Shown piece by piece: positions 37,844 through 47,560 of a DNA stretch of 64,000 bases (position 1 is its first letter; each line of letters opens with the position of its first letter). The notes under the pieces are model-generated. The model saw only the letters and a list, made by a program, of their open reading frames with translations. It did no database searches and was not told where the DNA came from. The position numbers and the translations under genes are program-made. Source of the stretch: Synergistaceae bacterium (GTDB lineage: Bacteria > Synergistota > Synergistia > Synergistales > Aminobacteriaceae); the NCBI GenBank assembly GCA_009783355.1, contig WRHH01000004.1, positions 32,852 through 96,851 of the forward strand. The letters are read 5' to 3'.

Positions 37844-38704
37844 TCATGATCCATTTTCAGCTTCAGTACCCCCACGCTGTATGAAATCAATTAGCTTTTT
37901 CGTAATGATATAAGGTAAAGCAGGTTTATCTATCTCCTTGATAACCTTTAAATATAAATCAGAGTCAATTGAATGTCCCAGTTTTTTTGCTGATTCCTTT
38001 AAGCGTTTTAGTTCATAATTTACTATTTTGTTAGTAATTTCGCGCTGTCTGCCTAGATGCAGCTTGTTTTGACTCATAATTAGTTCGTCGCGCATGACAT
38101 CGAAAAGAAATTTGTCGCGGTTTAGCCAATCTGCTAATATCTGCTCGTAATTGGTTATAATTAAGCTCTTTGTCATGTTATCTGATGCTACTGCGCATTG
38201 TAAGGCTGCATATATATAATTCACACATTCATCCACACCAGAACAAATATTTCTAATATATGACCCCCATTTATTCGATTGAAGCTGCGGAATACTGAAG
38301 AAAAACTCGTCTTGATCCATTTTAAAAAAATCGTGAACATCTGTCAGTATTTTCCTATTTTTGGAAAAAACATCAGCATTGACATTATGGCAATAAACAT
38401 ATCGTAAAGCATTTATCTTTTTAACATACTCTTCAACATAATCCATCTTTTGGTCGTTCAGGGAACCTTTATTATTCAGCATATTAAGTAATTTTTTTAT
38501 ATTAGGCATACAGTCAAAAAACAATCCATAGATATTAGTCACGGCGCACCAAAACAGTCCTTCGTCATTGCTACACTGATGTGCTTTTGGCGCGTAATAG
38601 GCAGCGAAAAAAAGACGCGGTGATAAATGGGATGCCATATATATATTTATTTCTTCAATTTTGCGTGTTGTAAATGCAACCCCATCTATGTAATTATCAC
38701 TCAT
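37844..38704 (-). CDS. Hypothetical 286-aa protein translationally coupled to the SIR2/NTPase gene
   Basis: Start ATG overlaps the upstream stop by 8 bp. No recognisable motif. AT-rich codon usage. Confidence 0.6.
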   Translation of the reverse strand: MSDNYIDGVAFTTRKIEEINIYMASHLSPRLFFAAYYAPKAHQCSNDEGLFWCAVTNIYGLFFDCMPNIKKLLNMLNNKGSLNDQKMDYVEEYVKKINALRYVYCHNVNADVFSKNRKILTDVHDFFKMDQDEFFFSIPQLQSNKWGSYIRNICSGVDECVNYIYAALQCAVASDNMTKSLIITNYEQILADWLNRDKFLFDVMRDELIMSQNKLHLGRQREITNKIVNYELKRLKESAKKLGHSIDSDLYLKVIKEIDKPALPYIITKKLIDFIQRGGTEAENGS

Positions 38705-41700
38705 TCGCTTGACCGTCTTTCGGAGTCAGCCCACGGAAAGCGGCAAGTCCCATGTAACCTAATCCAAGCTGAAAATCGTCGCATGACACACCACTTTTTA
38801 TTTCAATTCCTTTTATATTCCATTTGCGAAAATAAATATCCCTACCACCGTTATTATCTCTACTTATTCTTCCAATGCGGACATAATTACCGCTTAGAAC
38901 ATTATCTGGTGTGTTTTGGTTAAAATTACCGCTGAATTCTAAAGGCTTTCCTTTTTCGTCGCAAAGAATATGTTTTGTGCGGATACGATCATTGCCCCGT
39001 TGCTCAACTAATTCGGTACAATTGCGTATTTTGTTGATTGTTTGCCCGTAAGCACTGTATTGTTCTAGATGTAGGTTCGCTAATGCCATGACATAAAAGA
39101 ACAACAGCGTTTTTGGCGTGCAATCTTGATTTCCGCAAAAATCACGGCATACACCGAGTATATCTTTCCATTGGTCGTTTGTCATCGCAGTAAACTGTTC
39201 TTCAGCTGTAAAAATCGGCGTTTTATTATATGCAATCCATTTTAGTTTTAACCGTTGCCTCTGGCAGATATGATCTTTTATTGTTATTACAGCATATTCA
39301 TTCTCGTCATAATATTTCGCGCATATTTCACGGCATCTTAAAGCTTGGTCATTGTTGAATGCTTCAATTCGGTTTTCATACTCTCTTTGGCGTTTAGTAA
39401 TTCCAGCAGTCTCCATTTCTCTGGCCACTTTCAAATAGACAGCATATGGATTTCCATCAATAATGAGGCTATTAATATATTCATCACTTAAGGAAGAATC
39501 TATCTTTCTATAAATCCCTTCGGCAGGATTAATAAAATTCGAATCTTGTGCAACATAAACATACTCATCCTGAGTCTTTCGTATCAAATTATCAGCGGAA
39601 GCAAGCAATTCAACTGTTTTGGCCTGCGGCAATTTGTCGCAAAATTTCAAGGTAAGCCATAATTTAGTGCTGATAATATACCCGTTATCCGGTGCGTAGC
39701 CAAGCTGCTCGTCTAAATCCTTACTAAGTTCCATATATTCTCGTTCATCATATTTGTTTTCATACTCCATCAGATTTATGCAACAGTTTACCCTTTCAAC
39801 CACCAAGCTTGTAAGTAGACGTGACGAAATTTGTCCATGTCTCTTTTCAATTTGGATGGCTTCGTTGCAAATTATAACAGCATCACGTAACATTTTCTGT
39901 TTGTTGTCGTTTATGTGTCTATTCTCACTTTCTAGCATTTTTATATACTCGCGGATGTATGACGCCTCTTGCACCACGAGTGGCGATAATAGTGATCCTT
40001 GCTCTCGTGATTCGCGTAACGCATCAATTATCTTTTCATATTCCTCGGATGTCAAACGCTGAAAATCCTTGGAGTTTGGACCTATCCTAATCAACAACTT
40101 TACAATTAAGTTCACCTCGGTTTTATCATTGTAATTCAGGGTCATTATAATATTCACAATCTGGTTAACTTCTTCAGACTCAATTATCTTTTGTGACCGT
40201 AAATAAATCATTGCTTCGCCACGGGTTCTGAACCGTACAGCGTAATCGGAAAACTCATATTCGTCATATGTCAGATAAATCATGGATGAAAGCACTTCCT
40301 TTACCCGGTGATCATATAGATTTATCAGACGCAGTATAAGCGAAAAAGGCATGAAGAGGTCATATTTTGTGCATATGGCCGTGTTTACTAGTGCTTTCTT
40401 AATGTTATTAATAATTTTATCTTCGTCGTTATTTGTTTGCCCTTTTTCGTTTGTAATAAATCCTGAATTTTTTAAGGCTATTTTTATCTGGCTTGTTTCG
40501 TATTTTTCAGCAATAAGCTTTTCGACAAAATCTTTACTAGAATATTGAATTACATTCTCAATATAATTGCCCATACCTTTTTCAATCCCAAGTCGCGTGT
40601 CTGTGAGTGAGGTGTATAGGAACAGCATGAAATTATTACGCAATTCTTCTGATTTTTTAAGTTGTTCAATTACTTTGTCAATATACACCTGTTCCCATCG
40701 CGCTTTGCGACTAAGAATCTGCTTGAGATGGTTGATTTCAAGAGAATCATCACCCATATTCAATGATTTATTTGTTTCAAGGAACTGAAAATAGGTTTTT
40801 TTTACACTTTTTGTGATTTGTTGCGTCATATGCTCATCTATGCTTTCGTATTTGTCTGCGTTTTCATATGCAGTAAAAACAAATTGGACATTACGCGCGC
40901 GGGTATGCTTTATGTAGTTACATAAACTCCTGCATTTTAGCATGTCGCTGGTAAAAGCCGACAAATCCCAAATGACAAGTGAACACTTAGCTCCAATTTT
41001 TTCAAGCTGGTGTAAAACATTATCTAAGACATTCATTTCACCATCAGCATTCTCAATCCTTCCGCTTGGAGACATCATAACTTCGCGATGAAAATCTATG
41101 TCCTTTTTGTTTATAAAGATAACAGGGTATTCTTTTTCGTAAAAAACGCGGTATGCTAAGTAAGCAACTGCAACACTTTTACCACTACTTGGTTCTCCTT
41201 TAAGACATATCGGATAGTTATCTTGCTTTTTTTCTTCAGTACCGGGATTCTTTAGACCTTTATTCACTCGTTTGAACAATTCTTCATCGTGAGCTCGCAC
41301 TAAATTAAACTTATTCTTGTAACCGTACCATGCTGGGGAAGTGGTGCTCTCCTTTAAAAAACTGGAAAATTCTGTTTCTATGTATTGTGGAAGTACTATG
41401 CGCCTGTTAATTTCTTCTTCAGTCAGCAATGTTGCAAATTCATTGAAGCGCACCAAATCCTTTTTATCTATAAAGCAAGCTTTGCCAGCTACGTACACTT
41501 TTGTTTTGTCGCTTTCGTAATGAAGGCTATAGGAATTGTCATACTCGTCATTGACTGAGTCATCGGGTACGGTAAATTCTTCGCTTAAGCATAGTATTGG
41601 GGTGGGATCTTCGTTCTCCATGTCTCGTTCGGGTAATATTTCTTTTACTAGTATATCTTTGACACCAAAAAAGATAACAGAGCTGTCACGTTTTACACTA

Positions 41701-42152
41701 TAGAGGAAGTCTTGCATTTCGCTTGTAATAAATGCATCGTTTTCGGAATAGCCTACAAAGATGAAACTACCGCCATTCTTTAGCCTGTCATCAAGAACTC
41801 TTTCTAAAGCTTTTCGGGCTGTCTTTTGGTCGCGTTGAGATGGTTTTGCTCTTGATACTGATTCAATTTCCGGTGTTCCGAAAAGATAGCATATTTTTAG
41901 GTTTCGTTGCTTAGGAAAGCACGGATCGTCGATGGACACCAATCTCACTTGTCTGTATGAAGGAAGGGCTTTTGTTACGGCGTTACACAACGCCAAATCT
42001 CGTTGCGAAGTTATAATGAGCCACCATTTCTGCTTGAGGATGCGCAAGTTTTCTTCATTTGCTAAGTCAAAACTCTCGCCGACAAACAACACGTGCGGTT
42101 CTGAATCTAAGTTGTCCAGAATTCTACTGGAAATATCCTTTACGTTTTGCAT
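38697..42152 (-). CDS. 1151-aa protein with an N-terminal SIR2-like domain, a central P-loop NTPase and a C-terminal helical region (candidate antiphage defence NTPase, SIR2-STAND-like)
   Basis: N-terminus HVLFVGESFD...LIITSQRD...IFVGYSENDAFI (SIR2_2-like). Walker A GEPSSGKS near residue 320, and hhhhD Walker B LVIWDLSAF. The remaining roughly 700 aa are helical. Confidence 0.65.
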   Translation of the reverse strand: MQNVKDISSRILDNLDSEPHVLFVGESFDLANEENLRILKQKWWLIITSQRDLALCNAVTKALPSYRQVRLVSIDDPCFPKQRNLKICYLFGTPEIESVSRAKPSQRDQKTARKALERVLDDRLKNGGSFIFVGYSENDAFITSEMQDFLYSVKRDSSVIFFGVKDILVKEILPERDMENEDPTPILCLSEEFTVPDDSVNDEYDNSYSLHYESDKTKVYVAGKACFIDKKDLVRFNEFATLLTEEEINRRIVLPQYIETEFSSFLKESTTSPAWYGYKNKFNLVRAHDEELFKRVNKGLKNPGTEEKKQDNYPICLKGEPSSGKSVAVAYLAYRVFYEKEYPVIFINKKDIDFHREVMMSPSGRIENADGEMNVLDNVLHQLEKIGAKCSLVIWDLSAFTSDMLKCRSLCNYIKHTRARNVQFVFTAYENADKYESIDEHMTQQITKSVKKTYFQFLETNKSLNMGDDSLEINHLKQILSRKARWEQVYIDKVIEQLKKSEELRNNFMLFLYTSLTDTRLGIEKGMGNYIENVIQYSSKDFVEKLIAEKYETSQIKIALKNSGFITNEKGQTNNDEDKIINNIKKALVNTAICTKYDLFMPFSLILRLINLYDHRVKEVLSSMIYLTYDEYEFSDYAVRFRTRGEAMIYLRSQKIIESEEVNQIVNIIMTLNYNDKTEVNLIVKLLIRIGPNSKDFQRLTSEEYEKIIDALRESREQGSLLSPLVVQEASYIREYIKMLESENRHINDNKQKMLRDAVIICNEAIQIEKRHGQISSRLLTSLVVERVNCCINLMEYENKYDEREYMELSKDLDEQLGYAPDNGYIISTKLWLTLKFCDKLPQAKTVELLASADNLIRKTQDEYVYVAQDSNFINPAEGIYRKIDSSLSDEYINSLIIDGNPYAVYLKVAREMETAGITKRQREYENRIEAFNNDQALRCREICAKYYDENEYAVITIKDHICQRQRLKLKWIAYNKTPIFTAEEQFTAMTNDQWKDILGVCRDFCGNQDCTPKTLLFFYVMALANLHLEQYSAYGQTINKIRNCTELVEQRGNDRIRTKHILCDEKGKPLEFSGNFNQNTPDNVLSGNYVRIGRISRDNNGGRDIYFRKWNIKGIEIKSGVSCDDFQLGLGYMGLAAFRGLTPKDGQANE

Positions 42153-42556
42153 GATTCACTCCTCATTCTACAAAATTAGTTTTTCTTATTTATAAACTGT
42201 ATAGCTGTATAATATTTTTAAGAAAGTTATAAAATTCCAGATAACGACTTAATTATTATAGCTTAAAAATTCAGTTTATGTTTGAATGCTTATAATCTCT
42301 GGAAGCAGGTTGTCGATAAGTCCAAAAAATCCAGCATTTCTATTTCTCTATTCAACACCCGTTTTTTCGTGTGCTATTTCGTCATAACAACCCTGCTTTC
42401 TGGTGTTCTTCAAGCTCGCGTAAGTAAGAGCTGAGATCTGCCTGATACTTCAACTAAATCTGGTATTGTAGCTGACGGATTGTATTTTAATATATCAAGA
42501 ATTGAATCTATATTTTATAATAATATCAAATACTCTGACACAAAGGAGAGTGCGCC

Positions 42557-42778
42557 ATGGATCGCAACTTTGCTCAAACTAAAAAGATGACTCTATATCA
42601 CGGGAGCAACATGGCTGTTGAGAATCCCGTTATTATACATTCCCCGAGAACTCTTGACTTCGGAGAAGGTTTTTACACCACTACAAACAAACTGCAAGCG
42701 GAGATATTCGCACAAAAAGTTTTGGGCAGGAGAAAAACGGGCGTTGCGATCGTTAATGTCTGCACTGTAAGGGGGTAA
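42557..42778 (+). pseudogene. DUF3990-like protein, apparently truncated at 73 aa
   Basis: MTLYHGSN...[12 protein letters not shown]...QAEIFA matches the DUF3990 N-terminus. Ends prematurely just before the next gene. Confidence 0.45.
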
Positions 42779-42782
42779 AGGC

Positions 42783-43022
42783 GTGGAAAAGGATAAATTT
42801 GCTGCTATGATGGAAATGCTCGTTCCACAGGTTGTAGCGCTTATTGCGGAACGCAGGAACGTGACGACGCTTGACGCTATAAAACTTTTCTATGCGTCCG
42901 CGCTCTATGAGCGTCTTGAAGTTGAAGAAACCAAGCTGTGGCATCTTAGCGCCCTAACACTATATACTTTATTCGAAGAAGAACTGGACACAGGCAAAAT
43001 CACCTACCCCGAGGAGGCGTAA
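42783..43022 (+). CDS. DUF3791-like protein
   Basis: 79 aa. MEMLVPQVVALIAERRNVTTLDAIKLFYASALYERLEVEETKLWHLS pattern. Confidence 0.5.
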   Translation: MEKDKFAAMMEMLVPQVVALIAERRNVTTLDAIKLFYASALYERLEVEETKLWHLSALTLYTLFEEELDTGKITYPEEA

Positions 43023-43025
43023 TCG

Positions 43026-43238
43026 GTGGATAGCAAAACAAAATTCTTGATATATTGCATGGAGATATACAAGCGCGAAAAAGAATTGAATGGAGTGCAG
43101 GTCTTGGATCATTTTTCGAGGTACAACCTGTTTAACTACGTGCTGGAATTCTACGAAATATTACATATTCATGGTGTTTCCTACATATTGCATGACATAA
43201 ACAATTACATCTCCGAGCAAAATAGAGCATATTCATAA
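43026..43238 (+). CDS. DUF3791-like protein (second paralog)
   Basis: LIYCMEIYKREKELNGVQVLDHFSRYNLFNYVLEFYEILHIHGVSYILHDINNYI. Confidence 0.5.
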   Translation: MDSKTKFLIYCMEIYKREKELNGVQVLDHFSRYNLFNYVLEFYEILHIHGVSYILHDINNYISEQNRAYS

Positions 43239-43502
43239 AATGAAAACATCCCGCCCTTACGACAAAGATTCCCGTCCATGTCCCGTATTGCACAAATAAT
43301 AATTGGAAGTTATAATTTTTGATAGAAAGAAAGTAATCGTAAAAGCGGGCGGCAATCACGTATATGTATGGAGTACTCGCCAGTATAAGTGATTGTTGTG
43401 GTTATTCGAACTGGCAGCAATGGTAAAACGGGCGGTTCAATGAGACCTCCGGTTCACATGGGGCTCATTTACTTCACAAAACACGAAAGGAAGTGCAGGG
43501 CA

Positions 43503-44762
43503 ATGTTGGTAAAATCAAAAGCGGTAAAGTTTTTTCTGGTGTTGGTATTTGTTCTTGCGGTGAGTAGCGCGTCGTTTGCAGCGGAGAAGATAATCAAGAT
43601 TGGTACGATATTCCCGCATACAGGGCCGGCGGCAGTCTCCGGGCAGAACTGTGTTGCGGCGGTCGAGACTGCGGTCGAGTTCATCAATAACAAGTACGAC
43701 TGGGAAGGGTTCCCCCTCGCTCAAAAAGAGGGACTGCTTGACGGATACAAAATAGTACTCGTCAATGCGGATCATCAAGGAAAACCTGACATCGCGAAGT
43801 CCGAAGCGGAGCGCCTCTATGAAGAAGAAGGCGTCTTTGCCATCATCGGGTGTTACAACAGCTCATCAAGTAAACCTGCCAGCGCAGTTGCCGAGCGCCT
43901 TGAGAAGATTTTCATGTGCGGCGCGTCCAGTTCCGCAGAGTTGACGGAGCGAGGCTTCAATTACTTTTTCAGAACAGCTGCAACCGACGCGATTGAGTCG
44001 GCGGAGTTCGGCGAATACATCGAGCACCTTAACAAAGAGAAGGGCACGAATCTGACAACGCTCGGGCTTATCTATGAGAACTCCGAGTTTGGAAAGCACG
44101 CTGCGGACGAAGGAAAGAAAGTTGCGGCAAAGATGGGAATAAATGTTGTGGCGGACATCCCGTTCACAGTTGGCGCCACGAACATGGACAGCGAAATTCA
44201 GACTCTCAAGGCGGCTAATCCTGATGTCGTCTTCGGCGCGGCGCTTGGCGGAGACTATTCCCTTATGGTGCGCACGATGAAGCAGAGCAACTGGGCGTCC
44301 AAAATTTTCATCAATTACTGCACAGGATATCAGAATCCCGCGATAAACAAGGAACTTGGAGCGGACAGCAGTTACTACATGGGCGGTATGGGTTATTCCC
44401 CTGAAATAGCTGAGGTATACATGAAGGCAGCACTTCCCGCGCAAGAGATCTATCGTGCTAAAACAGGATTTCCTCTCGACTCAGACTCAATTCAGGAGAC
44501 AGTTTGTCTGCATGTACTAGCGCAGGCCATTGAGAAAGCCGGTGTTCTGAACACGGAGAAGGTAGTTGAAATACTGCGCACTGAGACATTTGATTCCCCG
44601 CTCTCGCTGAGCGGAAAAGTAGCGTTCGCCCCCGGCGGTCAGAACAGCAAAGCTTTCACCGTAATCACTCAGCTGCTTGACCTGAAATATCGCACGGTCT
44701 TCCCCGCAAGCTACGCGGATTCCGAGCTGATATACCCGTTCCCTGCTTGGGATAAGAGATAG
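43503..44762 (+). CDS. livK: Branched-chain amino acid ABC transporter substrate-binding protein
   Basis: Start at MLVKSK, with an AGGAAG RBS and a signal peptide. Type I periplasmic binding fold pattern. The ORF-track start at 43389 is an upstream extension. Confidence 0.75.
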   Translation: MLVKSKAVKFFLVLVFVLAVSSASFAAEKIIKIGTIFPHTGPAAVSGQNCVAAVETAVEFINNKYDWEGFPLAQKEGLLDGYKIVLVNADHQGKPDIAKSEAERLYEEEGVFAIIGCYNSSSSKPASAVAERLEKIFMCGASSSAELTERGFNYFFRTAATDAIESAEFGEYIEHLNKEKGTNLTTLGLIYENSEFGKHAADEGKKVAAKMGINVVADIPFTVGATNMDSEIQTLKAANPDVVFGAALGGDYSLMVRTMKQSNWASKIFINYCTGYQNPAINKELGADSSYYMGGMGYSPEIAEVYMKAALPAQEIYRAKTGFPLDSDSIQETVCLHVLAQAIEKAGVLNTEKVVEILRTETFDSPLSLSGKVAFAPGGQNSKAFTVITQLLDLKYRTVFPASYADSELIYPFPAWDKR

Positions 44763-44837
44763 AAAGAAACAATACTTAGAGCTTAGAACGTAGATGAGTA
44801 AATCGGGCATTTTGGTTCGTAATAATAAAAGGTATTG

Positions 44838-44868
44838 AAATAAGCGGGCGGCATAATGCCGCCCCTAC
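44838..44868. repeat. Fragment of the MITE internal hairpin (gcgggcggcataatgccgcccctaca)
   Basis: Reverse complement matches the gtaggggcggcattctgccgcc core of the element at 48556. May terminate the livK transcript. Confidence 0.5.
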
Positions 44869-44910
44869 ATTGCTATAACCACATTTCTTTGTTGGAGGGA
44901 GGCATGGATA

Positions 44911-45771
44911 GTGGATTTTTTCGTTCAGGTCCTGATTGACGGATTGATGAACGGCGCGATTTATGGGCTCGTGGCCGCAGGGTTGAGCCTGATTTGGGGC
45001 GTGATGGACGTTATTAACTTCGCGCACGGGGAGTTCCTGATGGTGGCGATGTATACCTGCTACTGGATTGGAATGCTCGTCGGGTTGGACCCGCTGTTCT
45101 CGTGGGTGCTTACCGGCGCCTTTTTGTTTTTCCTTAGCGCGGGTTCGTATAAATTTATTGTTCGGCGCAGCATCGGCAAGGCGGCAATGGCGCCTCTGCT
45201 TGCGACGTTTGGGCTGTCGATTTTTCTAAAAAACTTCTGCCTTAACAGGTTTACCCCAAACTTCAGGCTGCTCTCAGGAACTTCTCTGGAAGGCAAAGTA
45301 ACGCACATTTTCGGAGCAATAGTCTCGCAGCCTAAATTAGTGACAGCTATTTTTTCATTAGTTATGCTGTGCGTTCTCCATTACATGATTAAGAAAACGA
45401 GAATAGGGAGGGCGATACAGGCGACGGCCATGGACAGGGAAGCTGCTGAACTTATGGGAGTAGATACGGAGCGTATATTTACGCTCGTGTTCGGAATTGG
45501 CGGGATGTGTGTAGGTATAGCGGGCGGTTTTATGACATCATATTTGGCTGTTTTTCCCGAGGTGGGAGCGCTCTTTAGCCTCATCGCGTTTGTCGTGGTG
45601 GCGCTCGGCGGATTTGGAAGCATTCCCGGCGCGCTGTGCGCGGCTCTTCTTATTGGCTTAGTCGAGTCGTTCGCTGGTTTTTATATTGCGCCCGTAATGA
45701 AATACGTTGCGGTTTTCGCCCTTTACCTCGCCGTTGTTTTAGTTAGGCCAAAGGGCCTTTTCGGGTGGTGA
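44911..45771 (+). CDS. livH: Branched-chain amino acid ABC permease
   Basis: GTG start 8 nt after GGAGGGAGG. 286-aa polytopic protein. Confidence 0.75.
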   Translation: MDFFVQVLIDGLMNGAIYGLVAAGLSLIWGVMDVINFAHGEFLMVAMYTCYWIGMLVGLDPLFSWVLTGAFLFFLSAGSYKFIVRRSIGKAAMAPLLATFGLSIFLKNFCLNRFTPNFRLLSGTSLEGKVTHIFGAIVSQPKLVTAIFSLVMLCVLHYMIKKTRIGRAIQATAMDREAAELMGVDTERIFTLVFGIGGMCVGIAGGFMTSYLAVFPEVGALFSLIAFVVVALGGFGSIPGALCAALLIGLVESFAGFYIAPVMKYVAVFALYLAVVLVRPKGLFGW

Positions 45772-45777
45772 CGGACT

Positions 45778-46815
45778 ATGAACGATAAAAATGGAAGCTT
45801 TATGAAATCGAAAAGAAGATTAATCGACAATATCCTGTGGATAGGGTTGATAGCTGTGCTTGCAGCGCTTATATTCATTCCCGGCGCGATAGGAAAATCG
45901 ACCCATACCCATGTGTTGGTACTGGTGCTGCTTTACGCTAGCATGGCGCAGAGCTGGAACATACTAGGCGGCTACTGCGGGCAAATATCGTTCGGACACT
46001 CGGTTTTCTTCGGCTTAGGCGCCTACGGCGCGGGCATGGCGATGGTAACTTACGGGAGCATGCCGTGGCTTGGGATTCTGGCAGGAGCAATCATAGCCGC
46101 CGTCACAAGCGTCTTGCTTGGTTGGCCGTGCTTTAAGCTGAGGGGACATTATTTTGCTATAGCTACATTCGCCATCGTTGAGATATTCGGGCGGGTTTTT
46201 CTGATTTGGGACTGGATAGGCGGAGCGTTAGGGCTTGACTATCCAATAATAAAGGATTCATGGTCGTATTTCCTTTGGTCGAGCAACAAGACCGGGTATT
46301 ACACGGGCGCCCTTGTCCTCTTCGTGTTTATCTTCGGCGTTGTCAGGTACATCGAGAGCAGGAAGCTGGGCTACTATATGCGAGCTGTCAAAGAGGGGCA
46401 GGAGACCGCTGAGTCGCTCGGAGTGAACAGTACGAAGGTCAAACTGACCGCGATGGCGTTGTCCGCGTTCTTGGCGGCGCTCTGCGGGGCGTTCTTTGCG
46501 CAGTACAATTACAGGGTTGACCCTCCAATGGTCATGTCGCTTGATATGTCGATGAAGTTTGTACTGATAACTATTTTGGGAGGAATGGGGACGTTTTGGG
46601 GGCCGTTTCTTGGCGCAGCCGTCCTGATCCCTCTGCAGGAGTACACGCGCACATCTCTGGCGTTTCTTGGGCCCGGCGTCGACCAAATGGTTTATGGATT
46701 ATTAATAATATTCATGATGGTCAGGCAGCCAAAGGGCATCATGGGATTTTTGGCCGAGTTCGGAATTCTGGGACGCAACGAAAAGAAGGAGGCGACCGGT
46801 GATGACGCTTCTTGA
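45778..46815 (+). CDS. livM: Branched-chain amino acid ABC permease
   Basis: 345-aa polytopic protein. Confidence 0.75.
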   Translation: MNDKNGSFMKSKRRLIDNILWIGLIAVLAALIFIPGAIGKSTHTHVLVLVLLYASMAQSWNILGGYCGQISFGHSVFFGLGAYGAGMAMVTYGSMPWLGILAGAIIAAVTSVLLGWPCFKLRGHYFAIATFAIVEIFGRVFLIWDWIGGALGLDYPIIKDSWSYFLWSSNKTGYYTGALVLFVFIFGVVRYIESRKLGYYMRAVKEGQETAESLGVNSTKVKLTAMALSAFLAALCGAFFAQYNYRVDPPMVMSLDMSMKFVLITILGGMGTFWGPFLGAAVLIPLQEYTRTSLAFLGPGVDQMVYGLLIIFMMVRQPKGIMGFLAEFGILGRNEKKEATGDDAS

Positions 46816-47560
46816 CGTGCATGGACTGACGATGAAGTTCGGTTCTCTTGTCGCCAACAGGGAGGTTTCATTCTCGGTAGACGAGGGGCAGATAGTTGGA
46901 CTGATAGGCCCGAACGGGTCGGGGAAAACTACGCTTTTCAACTGCGTTTCCGGTCTCTACAAACCTATTGCGGGGCGTGTGGTCTTTAATGGAAAGGACA
47001 TAACATCGAAACCGGTACACGAGATAGCCCAGCTCGGGCTGACGAGGACGTTCCAGATTGTGAAGCCGCTGAGCGACATGACGGTGTTGGAAAACGTCAT
47101 GGTCGGCGCGTACCTCCGTTATCCGGACAGGGAGGCGGCGCGCGAAGAGGCTCTTAAATGCGTGAAACTTTGCTACCTGGAAGAATTTCGCGACAGGCTT
47201 GCCGGCGATATGACTATTGGAAATAAAAAGCGGCTGGAAGTTGCGCGGATTCTCGCCACCAATCCGAAAATGATCCTTCTCGACGAATCGGTAGCAGGTC
47301 TCACTTCAACAGAAGCCAAAGAGATGGTAGCGCTTATCGTGAAACTCAGGGAGGAAGGGCGGACGATATTGATGGTCGAGCACATAATGGAAGCCATCAT
47401 GCCCATATCCGACAAGATTGTGGTACTGAGCAGCGGAAGCAAAATAGCCGAAGGGCGTCCGGAGGAAATCGCTTCGGACGAGCGGGTCATTAGCGCTTAT
47501 CTCGGTGAGAAGTACGCTAAACGCTTTGCACATAGCGGAGGAGGGGTCGGCCATGAGTGA
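46799..47560 (+). CDS. livG: Branched-chain amino acid ABC ATP-binding protein
   Basis: GPNGSGKTT, and a LivG-like C-terminus. A likely ATG at 46802 follows AAGGAGG. Confidence 0.8.
   Translation: MMTLLDVHGLTMKFGSLVANREVSFSVDEGQIVGLIGPNGSGKTTLFNCVSGLYKPIAGRVVFNGKDITSKPVHEIAQLGLTRTFQIVKPLSDMTVLENVMVGAYLRYPDREAAREEALKCVKLCYLEEFRDRLAGDMTIGNKKRLEVARILATNPKMILLDESVAGLTSTEAKEMVALIVKLREEGRTILMVEHIMEAIMPISDKIVVLSSGSKIAEGRPEEIASDERVISAYLGEKYAKRFAHSGGGVGHE

Noticed and set aside
43239-43502. Possible riboswitch or T-box leader upstream of livK
   Set aside because: I could not recognise conserved riboswitch motifs. The region contains only a partial copy of the GCGGGCGGCA hairpin half.
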